Made by a program: the position numbers and the translations under genes. From the NCBI GenBank assembly GCA_040954595.2, contig CM082585.2, positions 8,201,404 to 8,265,403 on the forward strand: 64,000 nt of DNA, read 5' to 3'. Positions 1 to 14,099 of this stretch are shown here, piece after piece; the first letter of the stretch is position 1, and the number at the start of each line of letters is the position of its first letter. Origin of the DNA: Balanoglossus misakiensis (Eukaryota > Animalia > Hemichordata). The notes under the pieces were generated by a model. The model was not told where the DNA came from, did no database searches, and saw only the letters and a program-made list of their open reading frames with translations.

Positions 1-151
1 TCTCATTCTCCCCTGTCCAAGAGTAATTTCATGTATTGAAAATCACATTATGTACAGGTCAGATAAAATGCACAAAAGTTAAAAGACTATACATATTACT
101 CATACAAGGCTATAACACTATGTGAACTGAATATGCTGCAATAATTGGAGT

Positions 152-198
<47 letters not shown>
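152..198. repeat. (GACA)n microsatellite, about 12 units
   Basis: Perfect GACA tandem run in an ATP11 intron. Confidence 0.95.
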
Positions 199-252
199 CT
201 CAACAGTGGTTAATTAGGCCCAACGTGTGACCAAAGGGGCTAAAAATCTCAC

Positions 253-3200
253 CTGGACAACACCAACAATCAAGAAATAAAAGTTGGCAATTCTTCTAAA
301 TTGTTCAAATAAGTTCTTTGGCACAAAGTTCCATAATGTGTACTGAAAAAAACAACACAAAAATAATCATCAACTTCAATGACTATATTTACAAAACACA
401 CCAGAAATTCACAATTTTATGATTCATTTAGATATACTGTAGCAATTTTACATTGCAATAAATGGCGAGACTGCACTAAATGTACGGATTATGAGATGTC
501 AATGTTTATGGGAAATTTTTACGACGCATTTATAGACGTGTGTTGCTTGGTAACAAGAAATCCTACCATACTAACACTGAGATGTTTCGGTGCATCAGAG
601 GTTGACAAATAATTCCCAACGAGACAGTTTTATGTTATTTTCCAACAAAATACGTCTGTTGCTATTGACAGCACCATTTCAGTGTGAAGGTTTTTGAGAC
701 CCCCCCCCCCCCCCATCAAGCATTTTGTTTGTAATTTACACATTTATATGTCGTATTATGACATGCAGACACAAATCAGTAACGTGGTCAACTGGCCACT
801 GTGATAGCCAAGTCCTGGAAGTGAATCTGCCCAGTGTCTCTGGATTGAGTCCCTGACAGAGAATTACTCATTCTGTCCCCTGGGGCGAGCGATTCCCTTT
901 TAACCAAGACAACACCCTCAAATACATTTACGACAATTTATCAGACTCATTCTTCAGTGCAAAATATTTATAGACGGATATTGATTTTCTCCGTAGAGGA
1001 GTTATATCAGACTCTATATATAATAAGCCCCATTAGTGGAAATTGTTCAAATTGACAAGATCTGGTAAACGACCCACGTTCAATCGACTCACTGTTACAT
1101 ACTATAAAAGACATTATTACACCTAACACCCGATATGCCACTGAAATAACAATGAAATGGAGATAGGATTTTTTTGTAATTAGAGCATTCAGACATCACT
1201 TGTACAATAGACTTCTGAAAAGCTGCTGCTAATACGAACGTAAGCTCATTTAGAGTCCATCTACGTCAATGAGTGAATGTTCAGCCGTTGACATCTCCTC
1301 AGATTCTTACTGCGATACAATCACGGCAGCATTGGATCTGTTTGGAGAGTTCGCTGTCTTGGGGTATGAGAGACCTCGTTACGATGTCAATTCAGAACGC
1401 GGCTGTAAGTGGAAAAAGCTCACTCACCTTGGAAGTGGTTATACGGTTGGTCGGGAATCTTTGCTGCACGTAGCCCTCGCTGGCCGGTGGTACTTTATTG
1501 TTGACGAAAACGGTGCGTTGTTCCGGTAGCGGAGGCGAGGAACAACCCTGGTGAAAGAGACACAAGAAGAAAAGGGGGAAAATTGAGCGAAATTACTCTA
1601 CAAGGACAATTTCTGTGTATTAATTTCATTTTACTAATAGTAGGACTATAGCATTGACTGTTTTCATTAACAACATAGAAATTACACACATCCAATATCT
1701 AAAATATATTTAATATTATTGACAGCATTCTTTTCAAGACCTTTGAGACTTAATTCAAATTCTATTTGAAGCAAAAGGAAAGGCTACACTGCCAAGTTCA
1801 GTTTTTTAAGTTATCCAGACTTAGTATTAAGAACGTGACGACTCAACTCTAGCGAGACTTATAATGTTTAACAAGTTGATCTGACAGCCAGCTAATACCA
1901 TTAGTCCCAGAAAGACACACACACACACACCCTACATGCATTAGCAGTGTACTCCAGGTAATTGGATGTAATTCATTAAAGCCGGGTCCACTTTTGCAAA
2001 CAATTGTAGTATTGATTACCTTCTCAGAACCAGAAGCTTCCATGCTGATGTATAATTCGCCTGATACATCCTCTGTCACAAAAGCATTAATTGACCAGCA
2101 TTGTTGTCACTTTCACTATTACCGGTAAAATCCTAATGTTATGTTTACAATGGAATGTTAAAAACACTGCAGTATAGACATGCTACCTGCATCTAAGGTA
2201 AAGAAATAGTCTCCAAGGAATGTAGTATAACAATTCTTTCACTTTTGGTCTTCGCCCAATAACATCACAGACCCACGATGGACCCATGTGTCAATCACAT
2301 GCACCTCCAGAAATAAACGTATGTGGATAACTATAACAATCACAGCTATTACGTCTACATGTATCAGTGTCCGGTCTTTTATAATGGCATAATGGCAGTG
2401 TACAGCTACTTTGCTTTAATTAATAATAAAAGCAATTTTCATCCCTGCTTCTGTAAATATCGATATACCCACGCAACTGTTACGTGTGCATGTACTCTGG
2501 CCCATTACATGTATGATCTCCGGATTCATCAAACGTTCATTGCCCTTGACATGATGCCTACATACTAGGTTTTAGCTCGTGTATACTCAACTTGCAATGA
2601 TCTGGTCTGAAACTTGCAAATTACACAAGAAAGCGAGCCAGTTTCCTTCCTGTTTCAAGTCAAAAAGAAAAATACTTCTGCAATTTTACAGAACGATGTC
2701 TCTTCAAATGAACTTCATGGGTACACTGGGGAAAGATCTGACATCTCACCCACAATTCCCTTTTTTCTGAAAACTGACCCGTGACCAGTTAATTTACACA
2801 TACATGTATCTTGATTTATTGCCAACTTTTGCTTTCACTGGCCTTTGCACACCATTCTTCTGTACGGTGGTCGAGTTAAACTGCATTCAGGTCAACATGA
2901 TGAAGTGGGTTTAGATTCACACAAGCATGGTGTGAGTATGCGACAGTAATCACGATTTCCTAGCACGGAACATGCCTTAAAACAGTTACAAACCGTTCGC
3001 AAGCATCTGTGGCCTGACCTTCGCGTGTGTCAACAATATTTTTACGTGACTACGCAGGATCGAGACATTGGAAAGGCAGACCAAAAGCGTTATCACTGTA
3101 CAGACCAATTGGATCACACTAAAACCAGGACATATTAATATATCCATCAATTATCTACATATCCTTATTTGTGTGGGTGTTTTTTTTTAGAAACCTTCAG

Positions 3201-6200
3201 CTGTCCACCCTTCCCCTGTAACTACTGCACTGACGCTGATAAATGTGTGCCACTGTCCATGTCACACCCACTGAACCAACACCATCATTCACTGACTCAT
3301 CAGGCTCGCGGATTCACCTAAACAACACTGGCTCATGACCCTGAAACTTGCGCCCGCCTTCTGCGCTAATCAACAGGTTCTCGTAAGCTGCGCTCATCAG
3401 CAAACCACAAAACAGAGGCAAAAATATTGTCAGTTGCCGGGACGTCGCCAATCTGTGTGACCTTTGACCCAGGCGTGGCCATCAATTACAACATATCTCT
3501 CCTTCTCCAATGATGTTGCCCCAAAACCTGAATCGGCAGTTGTCCTAGAGCCGTTATTACAGTATATTTATGTCGGCAAAACTATAATCCCAGCCTCAAC
3601 AATGTATTAAGAAATTATCAAATTATGGATACGCAAAACGGCGTAGTGTTCAGATGAATGACAACCCCAGATGCAGTCAGGGAAAGTCAAATGACGTAAA
3701 TTGACTTTCTGCATGATTCATAAATCATAAATAAAAGGAATGATACATCGTCGGCTGATCACTTCACCATTACCATGACGATATCCCCAGATCCATTTAG
3801 ATCTTCGTATCGCATATATGATAGTTTGATAATGTTGTATAATAATCACTTTATCTGTACCGACGGCTAATAAAACAACATTATGTCTTGTATTATGATC
3901 CCAAGAGAGCTTTCGTCGGCAAATGGTTTGGAACTGCACTACGTTGGAAAATTCAATACATGTCTTGTGAGAAGTAAAAATCCTGATAGAAATCATTGCA
4001 TCAATAGGTTTTTATGTCTGCAAATGTGAACAGGAAAGCAGAGGACAGCCTTCTGTAAACACAATGCACATATCACTTTCACCTTTCGTATTTTGACGAA
4101 ATTTATTAGAAAACACGGCTAAGTGAAAAAACGCTTCTGATAAAGGCTTTGAGGGTATCAGTCAGAACGGCTCCATCACTCGCGACTGGGCATTAAAGGG
4201 GGTCAAAGGTCAACTCCCAAATAAGGCCTCTGTCGCCTGACTGACTGAGTCACCCGTCACGAGAAGCACACTCACTGCGATGGATGATACAGCTGGGTCG
4301 CCATGGCAACAGCCAACTTAGATGGCGATTACCGTGACCGATGCTAAAATAGTTGACTGTTAATCAAAAGCAAACAAGAGCAGAGACAAAATTAATGATC
4401 TGTGAAAGAGTGTAACAGTCCTAATGAGGCTCAACTGCCCAATGGAACAGAAAATGGAAGATAATTAGTATTTGACTAAAACAAGTAAAAGCATGGTAAT
4501 TTAGCCGAGCCATTTTATCATTTCCCAGTCATTTTCTTTACAATAATCTATTGATATCACACTGGTTAAGTGGATAAAAACAATTTTATTGAGGTGTAAT
4601 CCCTTGTTCTATAGTACAGATACAAGAGCTACGACTTTTATTATGATAATTTTTAAAACAGGCCAAAACATGTGTGAAAATGCAGACATTAAAATTCTTT
4701 GGATATAAAAAGAACTGCATTCCATGTGATGGTTTCTGAATTAAAATAGCATTTTTGCCGTTTAAAAATATTTCACACAGCTCTTTCCTAAATGTCTATT
4801 AGAGAACAATAGCAGGCTTTAGTTCAGATGGCAGTATTAGCTACAAGCAGACCAATCCGACAATAATTTCATTATGGAGAGATAAAGATGGTTTTTAAAC
4901 ACTAATTAAGGCCCTTTTAGTTCCCAGTTCCCTTTCAACTCTAATGTCTTTTTATGAGTAAGAATGCCGGTATCTGCTTCGAACCAGATGTGCTGCTAGA
5001 CTCAATCGCAAACACTCTGATAACTTGCATGAAATGGTTGCCCCGACCACCGACAAGACAGCCATAATATCATGTTATATACCCTTAGACTGTCCTGTCT
5101 GTGCCCTTACAACAATCCACACACATATTGTCAGCTGTGTTTTTGCTAGGGCTTAGGAACACAGGTAAATGTTTAGTGATCTCTAATAATATAGTTGCTG
5201 TACTAGACTACAGGTATATGTCTGCAGGGCAACTGAGAACCCAAGTATAGGACAACCAGGGGTATCGACCTCACAAAACACTCATGTACATGTACAGTAT
5301 GTACATATGTACAGGTAGTTAAATACAAAGAAACAGCCATTACCAATTATCATGCAGAGTAAGGAATAATATTCAAAACTATTCAGTGATTATCTACAGA
5401 TTTTAAATAAAGTGGGAAGAACTGGCCATTAAAACATACAGTAGCCCTACATTGTATGCAATGTAATGGAAATTTATTACATACAAAGTCTGCTAATGTG
5501 TAGACTGTGACAATAATATTTACCAGTCCACTCTGAGACTTGTTGCCATGGAGATTGAAATTTCATTTTCAAAGACTCGGATATTTCTGTGTTTTATATA
5601 TAGTTTTAAAATATGATATTATAGAGTTCTTTCAAGTTTCATTTTTCAACTACGTACCATCTCCTGATTAAACAAGAGTACACCTTCTGGTACAGTCACC
5701 CAAAACTTTAAACTGACACCTCACAAATTTCTTGAAATGCAAAGAGGTGACCAACGTTTCTTTCAGTTCTATTTGCATTTTAGATTTGCGTGGCTTGAAT
5801 AACTCATCTCTGTACTTTGAACTAGGGTCGATAGTTTGTGGTTACCTAACAATCGAACACACCAAAGTTGGGAGGATTTTTGGCTATGGTATCTAGATCA
5901 TCAATTATATCATCTGAGGCCTGATTTTTTTTTTCAGTGGGATATATGTGTACTAACGTCTACCTTTTAAGCACGCAACGTAAAATATAAAATGATAGAA
6001 CTGTGAAGTGGTTCCTAGAATTGGTCAGCGCTCAAATATGCGTGGCTGGCTGTGCTAGGCATCACATCGGATGATAAGCAAACCACACCTGTAGCTTTGT
6101 CAATGAATAACCCGGAAACCTACAACGTATATCGTTTCATCGGAACGCCCGAACCCGAATGTACAACGGCCAGCAAACGAAATATCAAACAGTAAAATAT

Positions 6201-6420
6201 CAGACGAGAAGTTGGTTTAATTTCGCAGAAACCCATTCCAAACATCCGATGGCTCCATCTATCATCGTGTGTGATACGTAATTATGTGTGTTAACTACGG
6301 ATGTAAACAATCTATAATCATCAACTTCTCACCGAGTGGACGGTTACTGAGTAATTGTATCCCCATTGATCAATTTGAACTTACCAACGTTTCGGCGACT
6401 CTCCTGAAGTACTTGGACAT
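253..6420 (-). CDS. ATP11B: Phospholipid-transporting P4-ATPase, ATP11A/B/C family; first three coding exons, gene continues beyond the left edge
   Basis: Exons 6420-6385 ([12 protein letters not shown], donor gtaagt), 1547-1428 ([40 protein letters not shown], cag/gtgagt) and 342-253 ([30 protein letters not shown], cag/gtgaga), all phase 0. [26 protein letters not shown] is the P4-ATPase N-terminal/TM1 signature, and the RT.FV.N..P...Y..Q.FP.NRI lead-in is ATP11-type. Probably a pro-ortholog of ATP11A/B/C. Confidence 0.9.
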
Positions 6421-6539
6421 GGTCGTGTTCTCCGAAGCTCTTTACTATCAATTCTCACTACTAATTTCCACGAGTTGGTGTCCCCGCTGTATTTACCGTA
6501 CGTCATTCGCACAGAGCTCGGAGCCGTGTAAACTTTGCT

Positions 6540-6610
6540 ATGCGGCCATGTTGCTTAGTTGGCGATGAGCATTGTGGGTAAATGGACGACACCCGACCAC
6601 GCCCCTAATC
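6540..6610 (-). promoter_or_regulatory. Probable ATP11 promoter
   Basis: CpG-enriched and 120-190 bp upstream of the ATG. Contains YY1-like AACATGGCCGC (minus, ~6542-6552), ZNF143/Staf-like TACCCACAATGC (minus, 6569-6580) and a GC/KLF box CCACGCCCC (~6597-6605). Motif matches only. Confidence 0.55.
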
Positions 6611-6775
6611 ATATGCGATGACGACTAAATCACATACATGTATATTTCGCGAATCGTAAAAAAATCACGCTATATACCATTATCGGGAAATTATGTGTCA
6701 GAATTTCGGAATCGTGAGTACGTATCCAAAATCGATCCAGAGTCGTTGAATGCGATGGTTTCTCTATTTTAGCAT

Positions 6776-6805
6776 AGAATAGAATAGAATACAATACAAT
6801 AGAAT
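6776..6805. repeat. (TAGAA/TACAA)n pentanucleotide repeat
   Basis: tagaat agaatagaat acaatacaat agaat. Confidence 0.8.
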
Positions 6806-9714
6806 AAATTTATATGGTTCATTAAACAGTACTACAAGTTCACATATTTTGATGTAAATCGAAATATTTAGGCTATTAGGCCCTAAAAAATGACGCTGTT
6901 GATCACCTATGCTAATTTATCCACAATTAGCCTACCATCGGAAAATTGAGAGCTAGAAAAGCACAGATTTTCACTTGATGGCCATGAGAAAAAAAATGCG
7001 CCACCACGCGTATATTAGAACACCTAGTGGGCACATGTAAATAACGTTAGAGATGACAGTATTTCTTCATTGTTTACGCGTGTATTTTCCGTTGCCAAGG
7101 CCTTCCTCATATATTAGAATACTAATAAAACGGAAGGGAATATATTGAAACGCTATTAGGCCTACTGAAACGCCCCCACACTGCGGAGGATTTTTTATTT
7201 TCCGGGTAATTTTTTTCAGTGGTCCCCTCTAGTAAATTGAGGAGGAAATCTGTGGTCCCTCCTTAAATTTCCTGTTTTTTTCCACGGTCCCCCCTAAAGG
7301 ATTATGATTTTTTACGTCGTCACAGGGACGGGACATACAATGTGCACTTTTGGTTTCTGCCAGTAGCTTTATTTTATGGCAAGAGAAAAAAATAAGCAGC
7401 ATATTTTGAGAGTTAAAAAGCAAAAACATTTTACATTTTTCTTCTGCGGAGGGTGTTCCAATTCGTGGATGATGTCAGTAAAACGAGGTCTTCATGAAAA
7501 GTTAGTTTCTCGCGTTGAGGGCGCACCCGTGCAGACTTGACGTGTCTGTTTCGTGGTCTGTTTCAGTTTTCAGCAACATTACCTTTGCATCATTACAACT
7601 AAAACGAGTGGAGAGTACTGGCTCAGGTCATAACTGGAGCATGGTTGCCACTGGATACCGACCAAACAAAAATGCGACGACCACACGTGACCCCACACAT
7701 CATCGGACGATGGAAATAAGAGTCACACATTCTGTAGCTAGCCTCCAATTTTCTGTCTGCATTTTGACGATAAACTCATTGTGTCAAGAATCGTACTGTA
7801 TTGTGGGATATTTCACGTCCTATATGTCACACGCCAATTGGGGTTTATAAAACTTGAGATTTCACAGGCACCCGTACTTTTTGGTAGGCCGTATATTAAA
7901 CGTGTATCAGATCAGAGGTGCATTACGCAAGAAACCAGGGCCTTGGAAGAAGGGGGCATGGTACGAATTCTATCAGACACAATGTTTGTATAAAACGGTG
8001 TTACATCTGACTAATTCCATTATCGTTATGTCGATTAATTCACACTGGCACTAGTATTCCTTAGAAATTTATATTTATTAAACTAACTGGTCATTAAAAG
8101 GGAAGGGGAAGGGGGGACTACTGTCCGAACAGCTACCGTATCCATGACACCTAGTGGATTCGACTTTGCCTAACGATCACTAGAGGGCGCTGAAAGATTG
8201 GGATAATGTCTGAACAACAGACAAAAAGATGTGTAGCCTGAGAGTTTACACAATTCTCAAGTGAAAACAACTTAAGAGATTTGTAGGAAAGTAAACCGAT
8301 AGTTGCCCATTAGATTGGTCCCCGGTAGAGCATATAGGAGGGGGTCTCTTCAAAAGCCCGTGTGGGTTCATCGGTATTTACGACCCAAAAAAGTACAACT
8401 CATTTGCGAAGTTGCCCCCATAACTTCTTTAAGTCTTACATTTTTCCATTTGTCCGTGACAATAGAGAGACATTTTCCGTCTCGTGTGATCTAGGGGACA
8501 GGTTAACAGCGGTGCTCCCTTGAGAATTGGTCAGCAAAAAAGCAAACACCTTTAGACGATGGGTGGAATGTGTCCGTTGCGTGCAGACAATACTGATATC
8601 CAACTGGTTCGGGTAAACAGCCAGACTTGGCAAGATAATGCGACAGGGGAAAAGTTCGAAGCCTTTTACAAGTCAATAATGTCCCAGAAGTGCAAACTCT
8701 TGCTTTCAAAGATACAAGGACGGCCTGATCTTGCTGTTGAAGCAATGGTATAATCAGTCGACGTCTGGAATGACAAAGCGGACTCATTTGTCACACAAAT
8801 GTACGGCATGTGGGTTTTTGGTGGTCAAAATTTGTCCCACGATAGTGGTAGTACCTCTGTAAAACCACCTTAGACATTTCTTACATACACCACATGAAAA
8901 TGTGATGTGCTTCTAAAACTTGCTGTATATACAGTGAATGTGAGGGTTGGAACAAGTACGCTCTCTGCAGCTTATCAGTAGGCGCCGGGTTACAAATCAC
9001 GTAATCCATTGTTCAACGTTACTGAATTATATCTGGAACCGTATCAAGTAAACCCTGCCATTACATTTAGTGTTTCTATGAGCAACAGTCTGCATCATTG
9101 AAAGGCCGGTTTGGTTCACAGAGTTGCGTGTTTCTTTCATGTGTCAGTTTCCAGACACGCAAAAAACGGTCAGTGTCCCATCTCATACATTAAGTTATCG
9201 TTCTTAGAATCCCTTGGTGGAAAATTATGTTCACCATTGTCATGCAGTACTTTAAGTAGAAATTCAACCACGAAAACCCATCGGGAGTGAAATCTACTGA
9301 ACAACAGAGGTCACTACAGGTCACCTGTCAGTCACTGTACCAAGTCGTGTCAACAACCACAGCTCACTTGAAAAGCGAGAGAAAAAAACCTGCTCATGCT
9401 TTCTGTAAACAAACACACGTTGTGGGAAGCCTGGTGATACTTGTAGAGTCACAGTCACTTTTCGAACCAGTGCAATGTTGACGTTTCAAGAAATCACTAT
9501 CAGAGCGACAGCAGCTGCAACTTTAGAATGATTTTTCAGATCTGAAATATTACTTTTTTTACCAATGCAAGACTAGAGAGATTTTCGCATAGACGCCCTT
9601 TGGATAAAGCGTAAACATTTTGGACAAATATACAGCTGTCTGCGATATGAGTCTCGGCAAATGGTTTAACCATGGACAACTTTTCTTGAACCGTTGTGGA
9701 AGTTGTCGATGATA

Positions 9715-9774
9715 GAACGCAGACGAGGAAATCTGAACGCAGACGACGAAATTTGAACGCAGACGACTAAATTT
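9715..9774. repeat. 3 x 20-bp tandem repeat
   Basis: gaacgcagacgaggaaatct / gaacgcagacgacgaaattt / gaacgcagacgactaaattt. Confidence 0.9.
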
Positions 9775-12399
9775 GTCTGATATTAGAATAATCGCAGGAG
9801 GGACTGCGGAATCAGTAACTTTTCGGCGGTCACGTGAACATCGACGCTAAAGCTGAGCGATCTGTTTCTAGTGTGAAAACGGGAGAAGTTGCGACAACAG
9901 AAGAAGACAGCGTTACCTTAATTGTTTGCAGAGAAATCACTGCAATATTATTATGGGTTAAACGCGGGCGGTGTTCACGATAAATAAACTTCACAACGGC
10001 CCTTTTTCACTAACTTATAGTCCATTTTTGACGTTTTTGCCTGCGGCGAAAATACCGCATCCAGAGTAATGCACCGGTCACGCATCACGAATCCAACAAT
10101 GGGGGTAATTTACAAAGTTAAACACGCTCTATATTTGGTAAACTTTTTATGCCTGAAATTGGTCGAGTGTTTAATTATTAAAGAGGCAAAGTCTCCCATT
10201 TTGCCACAACATGCACGGCCGTTAATTAATAAAAAATCTTCGAAAACAGTTTGTCATGAAATAAGCTTGTATAGGTAATCTTTCTCGCAAACTCACAGAC
10301 CGCATTCAGTTATGTTGATCACCCCTATAACAACCGTTTCACAACTACTTGTGAACTCAGTGTAAAAATGTCTGAAAATTATCACTTAAATAATACTTCT
10401 GTCTCCAGCTTACATCCATCGAATGCAAAGTTATAGGCTGTCTTCTTTTAAAATATAACGGATATATAGAGACTTTTACTTTCAATTGAAAATGGGAATC
10501 GGTTTAAAGCGGTCCTATACTAGTATTTGCGTAGATGTTTTTAGAGCGAAACCAATCTTTGTGCTTTGAGAATATATCCTATGACAACCACCCGACAATT
10601 GCAAATAGCAACCCAGAGAAATGCAACAAATTAAATGAAATCATCACTGCGGAACAATACAAACAGTCATGACAAATGATTGCGTGATTTGGTCGACTAA
10701 ACACATACCACACACATACGCACCAAATTAAGATTTCTACGAGGTGCGCATATAAACTTAGGATCATCGGATCGACATTGAACTATTTTTGACAGAATCT
10801 CTCAGGTGAATAAAATGTTAGCTTGTTTGTTTGGCAGTTTACAAATCGCTGTGCCACCAGATTTCTATTGATACGTCTGGTGTACAATTGTACATTCATA
10901 ACTTGTAATAAAACATTTAATTGTGCAGCAATATAATCCGTGCGTATCCAATAGAAACCAAAAGTACCTGTGGAAGTCGCGCATATATTAGTTTCCTCGC
11001 TTTTAACTTTAAAAAGTGACCCTACACGTACACTTAACGAAATTTTGAAATCGGACTTATTTTTACGTGATCTCGCGTGTTGTCTGGTAAATCCAGCCCC
11101 AATAACGATCGATGGATCGTTTACTTTTTTATGCGCAGTCATTTCAGACCGTCTTTTAGCAGTCATAACACACGCCATAAAGGGTGACAACAAAAAGACA
11201 AAGCCCTCCGGGGTCAAACGATGATGACCTCTCTCAACAATAACTGGACTCTGACGTTGGTAACCTCTTTTTTTAAGGCTACTGCGGATTTAAGGTGATA
11301 TATTGGAGGTCACTGAACTAAGCTGGTACGCTGTGTTAGCGAGGTGTCTGGCAGCCAACCGATCATTACACTTTTCTTTGGGAAAGAATCATCAGCAAAT
11401 CACGATCATTTAGTGGGCTCGCAGTCCAAAATATGATTCGATTCGCGTTCCAAGTATAATAAGAAAACGAACGATGTTAATACCCGACAAAGTTTCTGGT
11501 TTCAAGCTTTCATTGTGCATTGATTACTAGGGTTACCAGTAAATTCAATAGGGGCTTAGGGGTAGCTACCCAACGAGGCATTCGATGGCATTTTGCCAAT
11601 GCGACTTGTGAAGAAAAAACATAATCAACAGCCGCGTGAACTCGTCTGCTCTCACATGAATCTTTTGCCGCCAAAACAACCACAGATCGTAGTGGGAGAA
11701 ACAAATATTCGGCGAATTACGTGGGCATTGCAGGAATCGAGTCACCCCCATTTCCACAACTGCCCTGCAATGTACATGATGTAAACGATACGCCAATTTG
11801 CAGGTCATAGGTCGGGCTAGATGCCCAAGGTCATATGAGGTCACGCTTGCTGTTTAAGGGTGTGGAGCATGTCTCCATGTTTAAGCCATCTGCTTGAGAG
11901 ATTGCATAAGTGGCCACTTTGAAGTTGATTGAAGGCAAGGTTTGTGGGAATTTGGTTGGTAGGGGAAAGTTTTAATATCCACATATACATTGTCGGTATA
12001 CGCGGGTCAAGGTAATTTAATACTGTATATATGATATGCATACCACAGACTAGAGTTAGTTAAAACTAGTAAGCGACCTTCAAATAAAGGTTACTCTCAA
12101 AACAGGAGAAGCGCGCGTCGACAGGTCCCCCCAAAACGCCATCGTTTGACGAAAACCTCTTCTGTATTGACCATAGCTGTCATTATGCTAAACGTCGGGT
12201 GCATTTTAAATTTCTGCGAGCTGACAAGTTCTTTTTGTTAAGTTGGTACGTCTGGCGTGGTTGGGTACTACGCATGCGTTGGAGCATTACATTCCGGTGA
12301 GCCTATAGTGTGTCAGTTGACGTGCCCACACGCTCACATGTCGCTCCATCTAGCCGCTCAGTAATTTCCCATACCAAGGCGTTCACACGGCTTCAAAAA

Positions 12400-12560
12400 T
12401 CGCCCAGCTGTCTAACAGCTTTCGCTACCATCTCCTTCATTGGCGGCACCGCAAGGCTTGGCTGCAATTGATGCAAGTTGAAGACAGTTTGTGGCTCATC
12501 GGCAGGTAACGTGTTAAGAACTGTTTCTCTCTTAACAATGTGATCAAATATATGTATGCC
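12400..12560 (-). mobile_element. Possible degenerate non-LTR retrotransposon (RTE/L2-like) ORF2 fragment
   Basis: The minus-strand peptide TVLNTLPADEPQTVFNLHQLQPSLAVPPMKEMVAKAVRQL resembles the pre-RT linker of LINE ORF2 (..LLN....L..PPT..EV.KAI.QL). The expected KAPG.D motif is absent. Recognised from memory only. Confidence 0.3.
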
Positions 12561-12853
12561 CTGTGCGCCAGGCATTGAGTCTGACCTGACGTGTGTACGA
12601 TTTCAGGACACCAATCAAGTCCACGATTGACGCCGTTTCCCCGAAAATATATGATCAAATGTATACTAAGTAACCAATATGTTGCTATTTGAGATTGAGA
12701 ATTTGTTACATTTGAAGGCTGACGCGTGGCGTTTTTTTTTCTCGTTTTTTAAGTCTACATATACATGTACGGCGCGGCGAGCGGCGATGGAAATCGGCAG
12801 ACGCTAATTTGCATACAGACATCAAATGGTGACGAGACGAAAGCTCGACTTAA

Positions 12854-13947
12854 AGGCGGAACTCCCGTATAAAAGCGCGAGAGCATGCGAGAGTTGGCAT
12901 AATGGTGGGAGATTCAAACTCACTAACAACAGAACGGACGTTGTCCATAATAGACAGTAAATTTAGGTCTACCGATGATTTTTTTGTCTCTAAATTCAAA
13001 AAGGAGTGCATGAGTTTATTTAGCACGAAATCCGCGGTTTCTGGTGCAATACAATTTGAAAATACTTTCGAAAACCGAAGATGAAATCATTTTGTCGCCG
13101 AGATATGACCGGTATATCGGTACGATGTTCAGTTTGAATCTGCGTGATTGACATATTATGCAAATCGAAGTTGGGCACCATTGATACGTAGTGGCGTGAT
13201 TGCAAAGTGTGCGAGACCTGACAATGGGGATATGATCGTACCAAATTTATCACACATGAACATGCACACATCCATAAAATCGGTAGTTCTCTTCTTGGAA
13301 ATTGTGTTGGTCCTGAAAAGGACCGTTTGTATTTGTGTACCAACCGTACAAAGTGAAGAAGGGAAAGCCTCATCAGTGCAATTTATGCCCAACCTACGAA
13401 ACACCGGGTAAATTCGGGTAGAGACCACGGACTAGCCAAGACTGCCTATGTGTGGTTACACATTGCGAACAAAAACAAAATTCACAGGAGTTGACCGAAT
13501 CTCCGGAAGCCGATGTGCTCATGGACACGGTGTTTACTTCGACGGCTGCTGCATCCGACAGACCGGCAGTGTCCCCCGCATCAAACTCGCCGGTAGCCGA
13601 TACCACGCACGGTACTAACCCCCGCGGTCGCAGCAGGTGAACTTATGTGCCCCCGCTGGTCGATGACCGAAAGCTCGGCAGAGAAAATTGCCAGTGCTTT
13701 CTCCTGCTCTTCAGTGACCGCTATCTTGATAATTCGTGTCGACATGATAGATTCAGCTGACAACACGTTCCGCGGGTGCCTAAGAACTAGCTGGATCGCG
13801 TAAGTATAGAAATGTGTTTGCTTTTGGCGGGCGCGGGATGCCCATTTGAGGTCAATTGTTGTAACAATATATAGTGGCGTCAGAGCTTTAGCCACGCCTA
13901 CATTTTATTGATTTTTGCTCGGTAGGGCCCTACCGAGCGTTCCGCCT
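12854..13947. mobile_element. Kolobok-like non-autonomous DNA transposon (1094 bp) with degenerate cargo ORFs
   Basis: TTAA on both flanks (12850-12853, 13948-13951). Terminal inverted repeats AGGCGGAACtcccg / AGGCGGAACgctcg (9 bp perfect, 12/14 overall). TTAA duplication with RR..YY termini is the Kolobok signature, whereas piggyBac begins CCY. The interior is CpG-rich and intronless, with two convergent broken ORFs and no transposase recognised. Confidence 0.75.
13373..13745 (-). pseudogene. Disrupted Cys-rich small-protein gene inside the transposon (possibly P2X7 C-terminal/KolX-like)
   Basis: Reads MSTRIIKIAVTEEQEKALAIF..., then after a frameshift ...NSCEFCFCSQCVTTHRQSWL-VRGLYPNLPGVS*VGHKLH*. 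It has an in-frame TAG and an apparent internal deletion. Family assignment is from memory. Confidence 0.4.
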
Positions 13948-14099
13948 TTAAGCACACACCCACGAAACCAAATGAGGCCCCAAAACGCACAAACAGTATT
14001 TATTACCAAATGACATTTCTTTAGGACGCGACATTTAGATATAAACGCTGCGCTGAAGGTCACAGAGAGTGTGATTAAGGTCTGATCATGTTCATTTCA

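Noticed and set aside
8177-8192. CTCF-like motif CACTAGAGGGCGC (others near 52073 and 56140-56195) as insulators
   Set aside because: Single motif matches without supporting evidence; plausible but not supportable from sequence alone.
9715-9774. Direct repeats as a CRISPR array
   Set aside because: The repeats are adjacent with no spacers, the DNA is eukaryotic and there are no cas genes.
7500-12000. Possible additional gene between ATP11 and MBNL (exon-like pieces at ~7868-7960 and ~8495-8747; ORFs 10783-11217, 11566-11844)
   Set aside because: No recognisable protein motif and no phase-consistent exon chain. A lncRNA or decayed repeat cannot be excluded.
12850-13951. piggyBac assignment for the TTAA-flanked elements
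   Set aside because: The termini begin AGG rather than CCY, which fits Kolobok better.
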